From assembly GCA_965243395.1 (NCBI GenBank), contig CBDEUS010000001.1, forward strand, positions 64,001-128,000: 64,000 nucleotides of DNA, in the 5' to 3' direction. The DNA comes from Gammaproteobacteria bacterium. Its GTDB lineage: Bacteria > Pseudomonadota > Gammaproteobacteria > UBA4575. The notes beneath the pieces were generated by a model. That model saw only the letters and a list, made by a program, of their open reading frames with translations. It was not told the DNA's origin and did not search any database. Shown in pieces: positions 9,844-19,652 of the stretch (position 1 is its first letter; each line of letters opens with the position of its first letter). A program made the translations under genes and the position numbers.

Positions 9844-10281
9844 ATGTTAACTACCTCCACAGCCAGTGCTAAACCTGCTGAAGTTCAGCGTGATTGGTAT
9901 GTTGTTGATGCCACAGATAAGACGCTTGGGCGTCTTGCCAGTGAAATTGCGAAACGATTGAAGGGCAAGCACAAACCCATTTACACTCCGCATGTGGATA
10001 CCGGAGATTGTATCGTTGTGATTAATGCTGCAAAGGTCCGTATTACCGGTAATAAATTAAATGGCAAGATTTATCATAAACACACGGGTTATGTAGGTAA
10101 TTTAAAATCTGTTTCTTTGGGTGAAATGTTAGCTAAGCACCCCGAACGAGTTTTAGAAACTGCAGTTAAAGGAATGCTGCCGAAAAACCCACTAGGTCGT
10201 GCAATGTTTCGTAAATTAAAAGTTTATGCAGGTCCTGAACACAATCATGCGGCTCAACAACCGCAAGTATTAGAAATATAG
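9844..10281 (+). CDS. rplM: 50S ribosomal protein L13
   Basis: [40 protein letters not shown]. Confidence 0.99.
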   Translation: MLTTSTASAKPAEVQRDWYVVDATDKTLGRLASEIAKRLKGKHKPIYTPHVDTGDCIVVINAAKVRITGNKLNGKIYHKHTGYVGNLKSVSLGEMLAKHPERVLETAVKGMLPKNPLGRAMFRKLKVYAGPEHNHAAQQPQVLEI

Positions 10282-10290
10282 AATTAAAAG

Positions 10291-10683
10291 ATGGCAATGG
10301 AACAATATTACGGTACCGGACGCAGAAAAAGCTCAACTGCTCGTGTTTACATGAAGCCTGGAACAGGCAATATCACGATAAATATGCGTACTGCAGAACG
10401 ATATTTTGGTCGTGAAACTTCGCGCATGATCATCCGTCAGCCGCTTGAAGTCACTGATACCAAAAATTCTTTTGATATCAGTGTGATGGTTAAAGGCGGA
10501 GGTCCAAATGGTCAAGCCGGTGCAATTCGTTTGGGTATTGCACGCGCTCTACTAAAATACAATGAAGAACTGCGTTCACCATTGCGCCAAAATGGGTTTC
10601 TCACACGTGATGCACGTGAGGTGGAGCGTAAGAAAGTAGGTTTACGTAAAGCACGTAAGAAAGAACAATACTCTAAGCGTTAA
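10291..10683 (+). CDS. rpsI: 30S ribosomal protein S9
   Basis: [36 protein letters not shown]...YSKR. Confidence 0.99.
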   Translation: MAMEQYYGTGRRKSSTARVYMKPGTGNITINMRTAERYFGRETSRMIIRQPLEVTDTKNSFDISVMVKGGGPNGQAGAIRLGIARALLKYNEELRSPLRQNGFLTRDAREVERKKVGLRKARKKEQYSKR

Positions 10684-10739
10684 AATTACAGCATACTTGT
10701 TATATTTATCCGCTAACAAGTTTAATCAAGATTCATTTC

Positions 10740-10769
10740 AGTGCCCGCTAGTGCGGGCACTTTTCGTTT
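10740..10769 (+). terminator. Intrinsic terminator of rplM-rpsI
   Basis: AGTGCCCGC-TAGT-GCGGGCACT stem plus TTTCGTTT. Confidence 0.85.
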
Positions 10770-10824
10770 TATCTGGTATAAATGTTTGTGTAAGCATGTA
10801 ATGCATATGCAAAGATAACTCACC

Positions 10825-11418
10825 ATGACAATTCAATTTAAGTCAGGACAGCAGCAAGATTGCAGTCAAATAGCGAATTGGATTAATTCAGTTGGATTTG
10901 GACATATAGAATATTTGCTGGACGGGCTTGTGCCAGATCGATCTGCACTACAACATTTAGCACTTGTGTTGAATGAAGACCCTCATTATTCCTACAAAAA
11001 TGTAGATATAGCATTACATGAAAACAAAATTATTGGCCTGATCTTTTCTTACAGTGCACATTCAAATGAGCTTACACCTGAGATAGAAAATGCTCTCAGT
11101 GAAGATCGTGTTCAATGGATGCGCTTCTTCTCAGATAACCAGATAAAAAATAGCTGGTATATCAATACACTAGGTGTTGCCGATGCTTATCGGCGCCAGG
11201 GTACAGCAAAAAAATTGCTTGATCTCGCTGCTAAAAGAGCATTGCAAAATGAGTTCCAATGCTTAAGCTTGCATGTGTATGAAAACAATTTTCAAGCAAT
11301 CAAGCTGTATGAGTCTTATGGCTTTACAAAAGAAAAAGAAATTGACTTAACAACCCATCCGTTTTTCGTAACAAGAAATCTTTCAGCAAATGTTTTGATG
11401 AAATGTGAAATTTCTTAA
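10825..11418 (+). CDS. GNAT family N-acetyltransferase
   Basis: YINTLGVADAYRRQGTAKKLL (motif A) and NFQAIKLYESYGF. Confidence 0.9.
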   Translation: MTIQFKSGQQQDCSQIANWINSVGFGHIEYLLDGLVPDRSALQHLALVLNEDPHYSYKNVDIALHENKIIGLIFSYSAHSNELTPEIENALSEDRVQWMRFFSDNQIKNSWYINTLGVADAYRRQGTAKKLLDLAAKRALQNEFQCLSLHVYENNFQAIKLYESYGFTKEKEIDLTTHPFFVTRNLSANVLMKCEIS

Positions 11419-11481
11419 ATTATGAAATTAAACAAAGATCGCGTGAATAGTTGTATCTAGTACAAATATGGTGGTGGTGAA

Positions 11482-11751
11482 ATGTCAAATTTAATATTAA
11501 TGATTGTTGCTATATTAACGATTATTGTAGCTTTATTAGTCATATTAAACCGAACAAAAGTAATTTCGATTAAAAAAAATGGTTTGTTAGTTTTTTTATA
11601 CTTTATGTTAGTAATTGGTATTATCTACATCTCGCTTGCTTTGTTCGGTGGCCCAGTTTGGAAAAATATAACAGCCTATCAAGAGAGTGTATTGAGTGAA
11701 TCTGAAGAGCAATGTAAAAGAGAGGATGCACCTTTCTGGTGTAATCTATAA
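11482..11751 (+). CDS. Hypothetical two-TM membrane protein
   Basis: Two hydrophobic segments; GGTGG RBS; C-terminal Cys pair. Confidence 0.65.
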   Translation: MSNLILMIVAILTIIVALLVILNRTKVISIKKNGLLVFLYFMLVIGIIYISLALFGGPVWKNITAYQESVLSESEEQCKREDAPFWCNL

Positions 11752-11755
11752 TAGT

Positions 11756-12151
11756 ATGTGTAAACCTGTAAAACATTTATTATTTATTGTTGTTTTTATA
11801 TTTGTAATCAAATCAAATTCAGTAAATGCTGATGTTTATGGCGGCGGTTTTTGGGAAGCCATTGGTTTAGGCAATATGCCATGCCAAGAATTTACGTCAA
11901 AATCAGAAGAAAGCGGCTATAAAGAACTTGGTGCAGTATGGTTATCGGGTTTTATGTCTGGAGTGAATTTTACTTCCAGTGATGTTTATGACATTACTTG
12001 GGGAGAAGATATCTACGTGCTTACAGATTTGGTTATCAAGCGTTGTGGAGAACATCCAGATAAGCTTTTATCTGATATTGCGACGCAGATCGTATATAAG
12101 CGCTATCAGGACAAGAATTTTACAGCGACAAAAGATTTAGAAGATAAGTAA
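11756..12151 (+). CDS. Hypothetical secreted protein
   Basis: Signal-peptide-like N-terminus from ATG 11756; GLGNMPC...WLSGFMSGVN...C..HPD pattern. Confidence 0.65.
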   Translation: MCKPVKHLLFIVVFIFVIKSNSVNADVYGGGFWEAIGLGNMPCQEFTSKSEESGYKELGAVWLSGFMSGVNFTSSDVYDITWGEDIYVLTDLVIKRCGEHPDKLLSDIATQIVYKRYQDKNFTATKDLEDK

Positions 12152-12159
12152 TAACGAAT

Positions 12160-13341
12160 TTATTTCTCTGGCAAATGCTCTAACAGCAGTTTTTTAATAT
12201 TTTCACCCATAATTTTTTTAATTTGATCTTCTTTAAAGCCGGCTTGGACTAATGCATGGGTAATTTGTGAAATATTTGATGCAGTAAAAGGAACGGTTAC
12301 ATTGCCATCAAAGTCTGAGCCTAGAGCAACATATTCCATACCTACTAAACCCGCTACATACCGTATTGCCTTAACAACCCCTGCAACACCCTTGCCACAT
12401 GTGGCTGTGGGCCAAAAGCCAATGCCGATAATTCCACCGGATGCTGCAACTTTTCGAATTTGTTCATCTGTAAGATTTCTGAATGATTTAGACTTGCAGA
12501 CAGCTTGAATACCAGTATGTGAGGCAATTACAGGCCTTTTACTTAATGCGAATATGTCTTCAATTAATGCCGGAGATGCATGTGAGATATCGATAAACAT
12601 TTCTAATTCATCCATGCGCTGGGCCACTAGTTTGCCGAATTCCGTAATCCCACCTTTTTTGATTCCATGTGCGGATCCGCCTAAATCATTATCAAAAAAG
12701 TGAGTAAAACCAATTATTCTGAATCCACTCGCATATAACTTATCTAAATTTTCAATTTTACCTTCTAGTGCATGTGCACCTTCCAAGCTGAGGAGGCCTG
12801 CGGTTATCTCTGAGTTAGCTTTTCGTTGTTGCAGATAGTGTTTAAATTCTTGCTTGGTTTTAATTAAGTAAAATGTATTTGAGGATTGTGTTACTAATTT
12901 TTGCAGTTTATGTGCCTGATAGTTTGCGCGTTCAAATTCACTAGTCCAGGTTTTATGAGGCCATAATTGCGCAATCGCAAGTAATGTGATGTTGTCTGAG
13001 TCATCTGAATTTTTATATAAATTGAGATTTTTTGGGGTTTTAGTAACGACTGAAAATACTTGTAGTCCGATGTTACCTTCAATTAAACGTGGAATGTCGA
13101 CATGACCATAATCTGATTTTTTAGCTAAATTGCGGTCCCAAAGCAGTGAGTCAGTATGCAGATCTGCAATGAATAGTGATTGATGTAGGTTTTTTGTTTC
13201 GTTAGTGATTTGTGCAATTTGACCTGCTTGTACCAGATTTCGTGATTTTTCAACATATATAGGTAACCAGTTAATAAGTAATCCAACTATCATTACGAAA
13301 ATAATTCCAAACACTAGTATCAAATTAGAATTAATTTTCAT
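12160..13341 (-). CDS. Membrane dipeptidase (peptidase M19)
   Basis: ADLHTDSL, GHVDIPRL, SLEG, DISHAS, ASHTG, GSDFDG; N-terminal anchor. Confidence 0.92.
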   Translation of the reverse strand: MKINSNLILVFGIIFVMIVGLLINWLPIYVEKSRNLVQAGQIAQITNETKNLHQSLFIADLHTDSLLWDRNLAKKSDYGHVDIPRLIEGNIGLQVFSVVTKTPKNLNLYKNSDDSDNITLLAIAQLWPHKTWTSEFERANYQAHKLQKLVTQSSNTFYLIKTKQEFKHYLQQRKANSEITAGLLSLEGAHALEGKIENLDKLYASGFRIIGFTHFFDNDLGGSAHGIKKGGITEFGKLVAQRMDELEMFIDISHASPALIEDIFALSKRPVIASHTGIQAVCKSKSFRNLTDEQIRKVAASGGIIGIGFWPTATCGKGVAGVVKAIRYVAGLVGMEYVALGSDFDGNVTVPFTASNISQITHALVQAGFKEDQIKKIMGENIKKLLLEHLPEK

Positions 13342-13382
13342 AGGTTAATGGTGTATTGTGAATAAATATTGGCAATGTATCT

Positions 13383-13736
13383 GTGAAACAGAAATATCTA
13401 AAAACGCTATTTTGGTTATTGGCAATCTCTGTGCTCATACTGTCTTGTTTACCTGGTACGGAATCACGAACTTTCACTATTGAAAACCTAGATAAAGTCG
13501 CCCACTTTTTCACTTTCTTTTTGTTATCTATATTGCTGCTCTTGGCTTATACATTTAGCAAACCTTTTATGGTTACAGCGTTTCTTATGACATTATTTGG
13601 ATTGGCAATTGAGTTATTACATTTATTCATACCCAATCGAGTATTTAGTATCTATGATTTTGCCGCAGACGTTCTAGGAATTTTGGCAGCTTTTTTGATC
13701 TATAAGCTAATGAGTAGAAAGCTACAAATGGTTTGA
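13383..13736 (+). CDS. VanZ family membrane protein
   Basis: DKVAHF...F, IELLHLFIPNR, DFAADVLG. Confidence 0.85.
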   Translation: MKQKYLKTLFWLLAISVLILSCLPGTESRTFTIENLDKVAHFFTFFLLSILLLLAYTFSKPFMVTAFLMTLFGLAIELLHLFIPNRVFSIYDFAADVLGILAAFLIYKLMSRKLQMV

Positions 13737-13742
13737 AGACTA

Positions 13743-14120
13743 TTAAGTTAGCTTTACCTGAATTTGATCACCACTACGAACGTTTTTGAGCATGGTTAAA
13801 TCATAATCTGTATGTCCCCATATATTGGTGCGTGCAGCAAGTCTAATTTCATTACCTTGTGAAATGGGCGTAGGGCCAAAGCCGATTGCAATACAATTGC
13901 CTTCTACCCAAAAAGCCAGTTCTCCTAGTTCCACAACATCTTTGGCGTCATCTTCCAAAATCTGATTCGTCACAGGTGTAGAAAAATAGACTTCTTCGCC
14001 CCAGGTTTGTGCCTTGGATTCAAAGGGTAATGCTGCATGAATGGCATTTGCAGTTGCAGAATCACTTAAACGAGCTGTGATTTCATGTTCATTGATGATG
14101 ATTTGGATTGTGCGTGACAT
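13743..14120 (-). CDS. Cyclophilin-like fold protein
   Basis: TANAIHAALPF, WGEEVYF, GELAFWVEGNCIAIGFGPTP. Confidence 0.8.
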   Translation of the reverse strand: MSRTIQIIINEHEITARLSDSATANAIHAALPFESKAQTWGEEVYFSTPVTNQILEDDAKDVVELGELAFWVEGNCIAIGFGPTPISQGNEIRLAARTNIWGHTDYDLTMLKNVRSGDQIQVKLT

Positions 14121-14132
14121 TGTTGATTTTGT

Positions 14133-14882
14133 TTAAGACTTCATTTCTTTTAGAAGTTGTTGAGCACCATTTAAAACAAATAAGCTGTCTACGCCGATTG
14201 TAAGCAGTGTGAAGCCTTTTTCTTTATAAGGTAGCACTGCACTTGCATTAACTCCAAAATAGCCTAAGCGTACATTTGCTTGCTTACAAGCGTTAGTAAC
14301 TTTTTCAATTGCTGCGATAACTTCAGGATGTTCAATTTCTCCGGTGTACCCCAAGTTAGCCGATAAGTCGTATGGACCCACTAATATGGCGTCCACTCCT
14401 TCAATCTTTACAATTTTCTCAATATCAGAAATTGCCCCAGGAGTTTCTGCTTGGATCACCACGCATGTATCATTATCTGCAGTTGATAAATATTCAGTAA
14501 ATGACATGCCGTACTCATGCGCACGTGCCAGACCCACACCACGATTTCCCATTACGGGATATTTTGCAGCACGTACTGCTGCTTGAGCTTCCTCAGCACT
14601 GTGGACTTGTGGCACGATGATGCCTGCTGCGCCAATATCAAGTGCACGCTTAATTGCCACAACGTCATTGCTTGCGACCCGAATTAAGCAAGGGAAGTGG
14701 TCAACTGTTGCTTGCAACATGCGCTGCATTTCAAGTGTGCTAAATGCACCATGTTCGCCATCAATAAACAACCAATCGAAATTTAGTTTTGACAGTAACT
14801 CGGTAATTTCGGGGCTAGGTAAAGAAACCAAGGTACTTAGAAGGACTTCTCCTGCTTGAAGACGTTGCCGAAAGGATTCCAA
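14133..14882 (-). CDS. HpcH/HpaI class II aldolase family protein
   Basis: FDWLFIDGEHG, KRALDIGAAGIIVPQV, QAET, VGPYDLS. Confidence 0.92.
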   Translation of the reverse strand: MESFRQRLQAGEVLLSTLVSLPSPEITELLSKLNFDWLFIDGEHGAFSTLEMQRMLQATVDHFPCLIRVASNDVVAIKRALDIGAAGIIVPQVHSAEEAQAAVRAAKYPVMGNRGVGLARAHEYGMSFTEYLSTADNDTCVVIQAETPGAISDIEKIVKIEGVDAILVGPYDLSANLGYTGEIEHPEVIAAIEKVTNACKQANVRLGYFGVNASAVLPYKEKGFTLLTIGVDSLFVLNGAQQLLKEMKS

Positions 14883-14993
14883 TGTATATCACTCCGAAAT
14901 ATTAAGTGGTGAGTTTTGAATTATTAACGCAGTTATGGACATGGTTTCCAAAATTTATTTTCTAGTAGCGGTCTCTTAGTCAAGAGTTCATAC

Positions 14994-15647
14994 CTAAGAT
15001 ATTTTTGGCCCGCTATCACAGCCAAGGATGAGTACATCGGCTGGGCGAATTGCAAATATTCCTACTGTGACAACACCCGCTAAGTTATTTAGCTGTTGTT
15101 CCATTTCCACCGGATTGAGAATCTGCAAGTTGTGTACATCTAGAATTAGATTACCATTGTCAGTTTCAAAGTCTTCGCGTAGTTCAGGTGCTCCGCCAAT
15201 TTTCACAAGCTGTCTGGCGACGTAACTACGTGACATAGGGATCACTTCGATCGGTAATGGAAATTCACCTAATACGTCTACTAGTTTGGAATCATCCGCA
15301 ATGCAAACAAATTTTTCGCTGATTGCTGCAACAATTTTCTCACGTGTATGAGCACCACCTCCACCTTTAATGAGATGTTTGTGAACTGTAGTTTCATCAG
15401 CGCCATCTACGTAAATGGGAAGCGATGCAACGTTATTTGCATCGATAACCTCTATTCCATGTTGTTTTAATCGCTCTGAGGACGCTACAGAGCTTGCTAC
15501 GGCACCTTCTATTTTACCTTTAAGTTTGGCTAAGCCATCAATGAAATAATTTGCAGTGGATCCTGTGCCTACACCGACGATGTCATCGACTTGTATATAA
15601 TCTAAAGCCGCTTCTGCTGCGATTTGCTTCTTTTTTTCTAAACACAT
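14994..15647 (-). CDS. rpiA: Ribose-5-phosphate isomerase A
   Basis: [24 protein letters not shown]. Confidence 0.97.
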   Translation of the reverse strand: MCLEKKKQIAAEAALDYIQVDDIVGVGTGSTANYFIDGLAKLKGKIEGAVASSVASSERLKQHGIEVIDANNVASLPIYVDGADETTVHKHLIKGGGGAHTREKIVAAISEKFVCIADDSKLVDVLGEFPLPIEVIPMSRSYVARQLVKIGGAPELREDFETDNGNLILDVHNLQILNPVEMEQQLNNLAGVVTVGIFAIRPADVLILGCDSGPKIS

Positions 15648-15782
15648 GTAGGGTTCAACTCAGTTTTGCTGAATAATACCCACAGTGATTAGCAAAAGCA
15701 TCGTTAATTTGAATCTAAAGAAGAGCAAAATAGGTTATAAATTAGTCAAAAGAAAAGTAGCTACAAAGTAAAGTTAGGAACT

Positions 15783-17297
15783 GTGAATACGGATTTAATA
15801 AAAAAAATAGAGAACTCTAAGGTCTATGACGTAGCGATTGAGTCACCGCTTGAGTACGCAAAAGTCATTTCATCACGATTGGCGAATAATGTATTGCTTA
15901 AAAGAGAAGATCAACAAAGCGTATTTTCTTTCAAGCTACGCGGGGCGTATAACAAAATTGCACATTTATCCGAGGCAGAGAAACAGCAGGGTGTCATCGC
16001 AGCTTCAGCAGGAAATCATGCACAAGGTGTAGCATTGGCAGGCCAAAAGCTAGGAATTTCTGCCACCATTGTAATGCCTCGAACAACACCAAGTATCAAG
16101 GTTGAATCGGTTGCGCGCTTAGGGGGTAATGCCGTTTTATTTGGGGACACTTACGATGAAGCTCATCAACATTCTTTGCAGTTGGCGCAAGAGAAAAATT
16201 TAACCTACGTTCATCCTTATGATGATATCGATGTGATCGCAGGACAGGGAACCATAGCAATGGAAATATTGCAGCAACACCCTGGGAAAATTGACGCGAT
16301 GTTTATTCCGATTGGTGGCGGAGGTTTGGTTGCCGGTATGGCAGCTTACTTTAAACATCATCGTCCTGAAACCAAAATTATTGGCGTAGAACCACAGGAT
16401 GCACCTACGATGCATGCGGCACTCCTAGCTAATGCAAGGGTGGAGTTAGAGCAGGTTGGAATATTTGCTGATGGTGTGGCGGTTCGTCAAATAGGTGAGA
16501 AAACCTTTGAAATTGCAAAAAACCTCATCGATGAAGTATTACTTGTAAGTACGGATGAAATATGTGCTGGCATTAAAGACATATTTGATGAGACTCGCAC
16601 ACTTGTTGAACCCGCTGGAGCGTTGTCACTGGCTGGTATTAAGCAGTATGTAGCAAGAGAAAAAGTCAGTAATCAAACTTTGATTGGGATTAACTGTGGT
16701 GCCAATATCAATTTTGATCGCTTACGCCATGTAGCGGAGCGAGCAGAATTGGGAGAGCGTCGAGAATGTTTGTTTGCGGTAACCATTCCTGAGCAGCCAG
16801 GGAGCTTTTTAAAGTTTTGTCGAATTCTAGGTACACGCGGAATTACTGAATTTAATTATCGATATGCTGGTAAAAGTGATGCACATATATTTGTCGGAAT
16901 AAAAGTTGAAGATTCCGAAAAAGAAAAACCTGAATTACTTAAGGTTATGAATGCAGATGGTTATGCGGCATTGGATATTTCAGATAACGAAATGGCCATA
17001 CTGCATCTGCGCCATATGGTAGGAGGTCATTGTGCAGAATTACAAGATGAAATTGTTTTTCGATTTGAATTTCCTGAGCGTCCTGGCGCATTACTCCAAT
17101 TTTTAGAAACAATTGGTCAAGATTGGAATATAAGTTTGTTTCACTACCGGAATCATGGTGCTGCATATGGGCGTGTGTTAGTGGGCATTCAAGTACCCAA
17201 TTCTGAACGTTCTCGATTTGATAAGTTTTTAGATAAATTAGGTTATAGGTGTTGGGAAGAATCAAATAACCCTATATATAAGCTATTTTTAGGCTAA
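15783..17297 (+). CDS. ilvA: Threonine ammonia-lyase, biosynthetic
   Basis: SFKLRGAYN (PLP lysine), ASAGNHAQG, two ACT-like domains (IPEQPGSF, FPERPGAL). Confidence 0.97.
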   Translation: MNTDLIKKIENSKVYDVAIESPLEYAKVISSRLANNVLLKREDQQSVFSFKLRGAYNKIAHLSEAEKQQGVIAASAGNHAQGVALAGQKLGISATIVMPRTTPSIKVESVARLGGNAVLFGDTYDEAHQHSLQLAQEKNLTYVHPYDDIDVIAGQGTIAMEILQQHPGKIDAMFIPIGGGGLVAGMAAYFKHHRPETKIIGVEPQDAPTMHAALLANARVELEQVGIFADGVAVRQIGEKTFEIAKNLIDEVLLVSTDEICAGIKDIFDETRTLVEPAGALSLAGIKQYVAREKVSNQTLIGINCGANINFDRLRHVAERAELGERRECLFAVTIPEQPGSFLKFCRILGTRGITEFNYRYAGKSDAHIFVGIKVEDSEKEKPELLKVMNADGYAALDISDNEMAILHLRHMVGGHCAELQDEIVFRFEFPERPGALLQFLETIGQDWNISLFHYRNHGAAYGRVLVGIQVPNSERSRFDKFLDKLGYRCWEESNNPIYKLFLG

Positions 17298-17377
17298 GTA
17301 CAGATGTGAGCTCTGGAACGAGCGAATAAAAGTCGCATCGTGGATGATGCGAACAAAATTAAATTTTTTTCAAACAT

Positions 17378-17411
17378 AAAAAAAGGGCTCTGAAAGAGCC
17401 CTTTTTTATTT
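17378..17411. terminator. Bidirectional intrinsic terminator
   Basis: AAAAAAGGGCTCT-GAA-AGAGCCCTTTTTT between two convergent genes. Confidence 0.88.
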
Positions 17412-17432
17412 GGATATCGAATCCAACTACTA

Positions 17433-17921
17433 TTAACGACGCTTACGCTTCGTTTTACGCTTAGTAGTTTTACGCTTGACCTTGCGCTTGGTCTTGCGTT
17501 TCGTAGCCTTACGCTTTGTTTTGCGTTTAGTCTTACGCTTCGCAGTCTTACGCTTTGTTTTGCGTTTAGTCTTACGCTTCGTCTTACGCTTTGCTTTGCG
17601 TTTAGTCTTGCGCTTCGTCTTACGCTTCGCAGTCTTACGCTTTGTTTTGCGTTTAGTCTTACGCTTCGTCTTACGTTTCGCAGTCTTACGTTTAGTTTTG
17701 CGTTTAGTCTTGCGCTTCGTCTTACGCTTCGCAGTCTTACGCTTTGTTTTGCGTTTAGTCTTGCGCTTCGTCTTACGCTTCGCAGTCTTACGTTTAGTTT
17801 TGCGCTTCGTCTTACGCTTCGCAGTTTTCCGCTTTGCGGTAGATTTACGCCTAGTAGCCTTACGCTTAGTCGCCTTACGTTTAGTGCGACGTTTAGTGGT
17901 AGCTTTACGTTTGATGGCCAT
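17433..17921 (-). CDS. Histone H1-like Lys/Arg-rich repetitive protein
   Basis: RBS GGAGGGAG before ATG 17921; (KRKT)n repeats with synonymous codon variation; terminator downstream. Confidence 0.82.
   Translation of the reverse strand: MAIKRKATTKRRTKRKATKRKATRRKSTAKRKTAKRKTKRKTKRKTAKRKTKRKTKRKTKRKTAKRKTKRKTKRKTKRKTAKRKTKRKTKRKTKRKTAKRKTKRKTKRKAKRKTKRKTKRKTKRKTAKRKTKRKTKRKATKRKTKRKVKRKTTKRKTKRKRR
17440..17910. repeat. Coding tandem repeat (12-nt units, 51-nt higher-order unit)
   Basis: Recurrent GTCTTACGCTT/GTTTTGCGTTT units encoding KRKT; higher-order unit AKRKTKRKTKRKTKRKT. Confidence 0.9.
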
Positions 17922-18183
17922 CAATACTCCCTCCAAACAATAAATGTGAGTTGTAAACGCGCCAAAGTATATATATTTAAGCTACAAATACTAGTATTTT
18001 TGTAATGTTTTTATCACTTTCCATCATTAATGTTTTTTAGTTTGTTAAAAAACTTTCGTCTTAAAATTCTTAAAATGTTTTTTTATTTTTAAAAAAAATG
18101 TGACTGTTTTTAGTAAAAAATAGCAAAAAAACACCATTTATTTAACATAACAACTTATATTTTGTTTAATTTAAGCAGTTTTT

Positions 18184-18220
18184 TGCAAATTTCGGTTGCA
18201 CACGAACAACGAAATTTGCA
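18184..18220. repeat. 11-bp perfect inverted repeat in AT-rich spacer
   Basis: TGCAAATTTCG-15 nt-CGAAATTTGCA. Confidence 0.8.
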
Positions 18221-18354
18221 TTGAAAATATAAAAAAATATGCAAAAAAAAGTAAAAATTTTTTTTCTAGAAAAGTAAAAAAAATTAAAAAATTTAACTAA
18301 AAAAACAAAATTTTTAGGAAATTTATAAAAAAAATAACGAATTTTGGTAAATTT

Positions 18355-18807
18355 TTACTCTAATGAAAGAATAAAATCCCAATGTTTTTTGCTTACAGGC
18401 ATGATTGAGAGTCGATTTCCACGTTTTAGTAATTGCATATCGCCTAATTTTTTATGTTGTTTCAGCTCAGCCAATGTAATAGTCCGCTTTAATTTACGTT
18501 TATAACGTACGTCCACCATAAACCAACGTGGATTTTCTGGATCACTTTTCGGGTCGTAGTGTTTGTCTTTTTTATCAAATGCTGTGTGGTCAACATAGCC
18601 TTCCTTTGCAATGGTCATGATTCCTACAATTCCTATGTCATCGCAATTAGAGTGATACATAAAGGCTAAATCACCTTTCTTCATTTCTTTATGCATCATA
18701 TTGCGGGCTTGGTAATTTCGAACTCCATCCCAGTGTTCGACTTTGTCTTTTTTTAAGTCATCAATGCTGTATTCACCTGGTTCGGATTTCATCAACCAAT
18801 ATTGCAT
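18355..18807 (-). CDS. EVE domain protein
   Basis: YWLMKSEP, WDGVRNYQARN, YHSNC, RLSIMPV. Start reassigned to ATG 18807, which has a GAGGAGG RBS. Confidence 0.95.
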   Translation of the reverse strand: MQYWLMKSEPGEYSIDDLKKDKVEHWDGVRNYQARNMMHKEMKKGDLAFMYHSNCDDIGIVGIMTIAKEGYVDHTAFDKKDKHYDPKSDPENPRWFMVDVRYKRKLKRTITLAELKQHKKLGDMQLLKRGNRLSIMPVSKKHWDFILSLE

Positions 18808-18855
18808 GCTTATGCCTCCTCGACATACATATATAAGTACAAGATTATAGAAATG

Positions 18856-19045
18856 CGGGCACCCCACGCATACCGTGGCAACCGTTGTCCTTGAACCAAA
18901 GGTTCAAGTGGGAGCACCGAAAAATGAATTAGGCTCTCCGCTAAGCGGATGTGCACATCAACATTTAAACAGCATTGCCCCCGGTATAAAAAAATAGGCT
19001 CAAGGGATATACCAGGAAGCACACCTGTATCGCAGAAGTACCCGA
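18856..19045 (-). ncRNA. ssrS: 6S RNA
   Basis: About 190-nt self-complementary element directly downstream of zapA, containing CCCTTGAGCC and CTTGAACC...GGTTCAAGG; ends pair (CGGGTAC/GTGCCCG). Boundaries approximate. Confidence 0.9.
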
Positions 19046-19099
19046 CTTAAGTGAAACTGTAGCAGATATCTAAAAAACAGGCTTTGATACAACTCAGGT

Positions 19100-19405
19100 T
19101 TATAGTTCGAGTTGTTGACTGTTTTTTAAAGCAATATCGATGCGGTCTTGTAGGTTACGAACTCGATTGAAAAACGACTTACTGTGCTTTTCATGTTCGC
19201 TTTTTTGGCTCAAGAACTCGTGCGCCATATTGAGCGCAGCCATTACCGCTACGCGGTCAGTTCCAATGGCTTTGCCACTATCACGGATTTCTTGGATTTT
19301 TGTATTGAGGTAATGCGCAGAGGCCTGTAGAGACTCTTCCTCGCCTGAAGGGCAGGCAATCCGGTATTCTTTATCGAGAATATTGAGAGTTACAGGTTGC
19401 TCCAT
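19100..19405 (-). CDS. zapA: Cell division protein ZapA
   Basis: ILDKEYRIACP, DRVAVMAALNMAHE. Confidence 0.93.
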   Translation of the reverse strand: MEQPVTLNILDKEYRIACPSGEEESLQASAHYLNTKIQEIRDSGKAIGTDRVAVMAALNMAHEFLSQKSEHEKHSKSFFNRVRNLQDRIDIALKNSQQLEL

Positions 19406-19418
19406 AGTATGCGGTGGA

Positions 19419-19652
19419 TTAAGCAGAAACTTCCATTGATTTGAGGCGTGTAATCATAGCTTCAACGCGCTTTCGTGCTTGTTCGTTTTTATCGATCAAG
19501 GCCGCACGTTCTGATGAGTAAGATTCTTGTTGTAACTTTAAAAGTCTATTTTCTTTTTTCAGTTCTTCGCAAGTAGTAATCAGTTCGTTAACACGAATTT
19601 CCAATCCCTTTAAATCTTGCTCGCTGAGCTTCCCAGTGTCTTGCTTTTCCAT
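19419..19652 (-). CDS. TIGR02449 / ZapB-like coiled-coil protein
   Basis: LKKENRLL...ERAALIDKNEQARKRVEAMITRLKSME; upstream of zapA. Confidence 0.88.
   Translation of the reverse strand: MEKQDTGKLSEQDLKGLEIRVNELITTCEELKKENRLLKLQQESYSSERAALIDKNEQARKRVEAMITRLKSMEVSA

Noticed and set aside
17476-17943. Plus-strand ORF (LRFV)n
   Set aside because: Antisense shadow of the KRKT repeat gene; the RBS supports the minus strand.
17940-18354. Replication origin
   Set aside because: No TTATCCACA-type DnaA boxes seen and no origin-linked genes nearby.
18810-19022. 70-aa ORF
   Set aside because: Lies within the 6S RNA.
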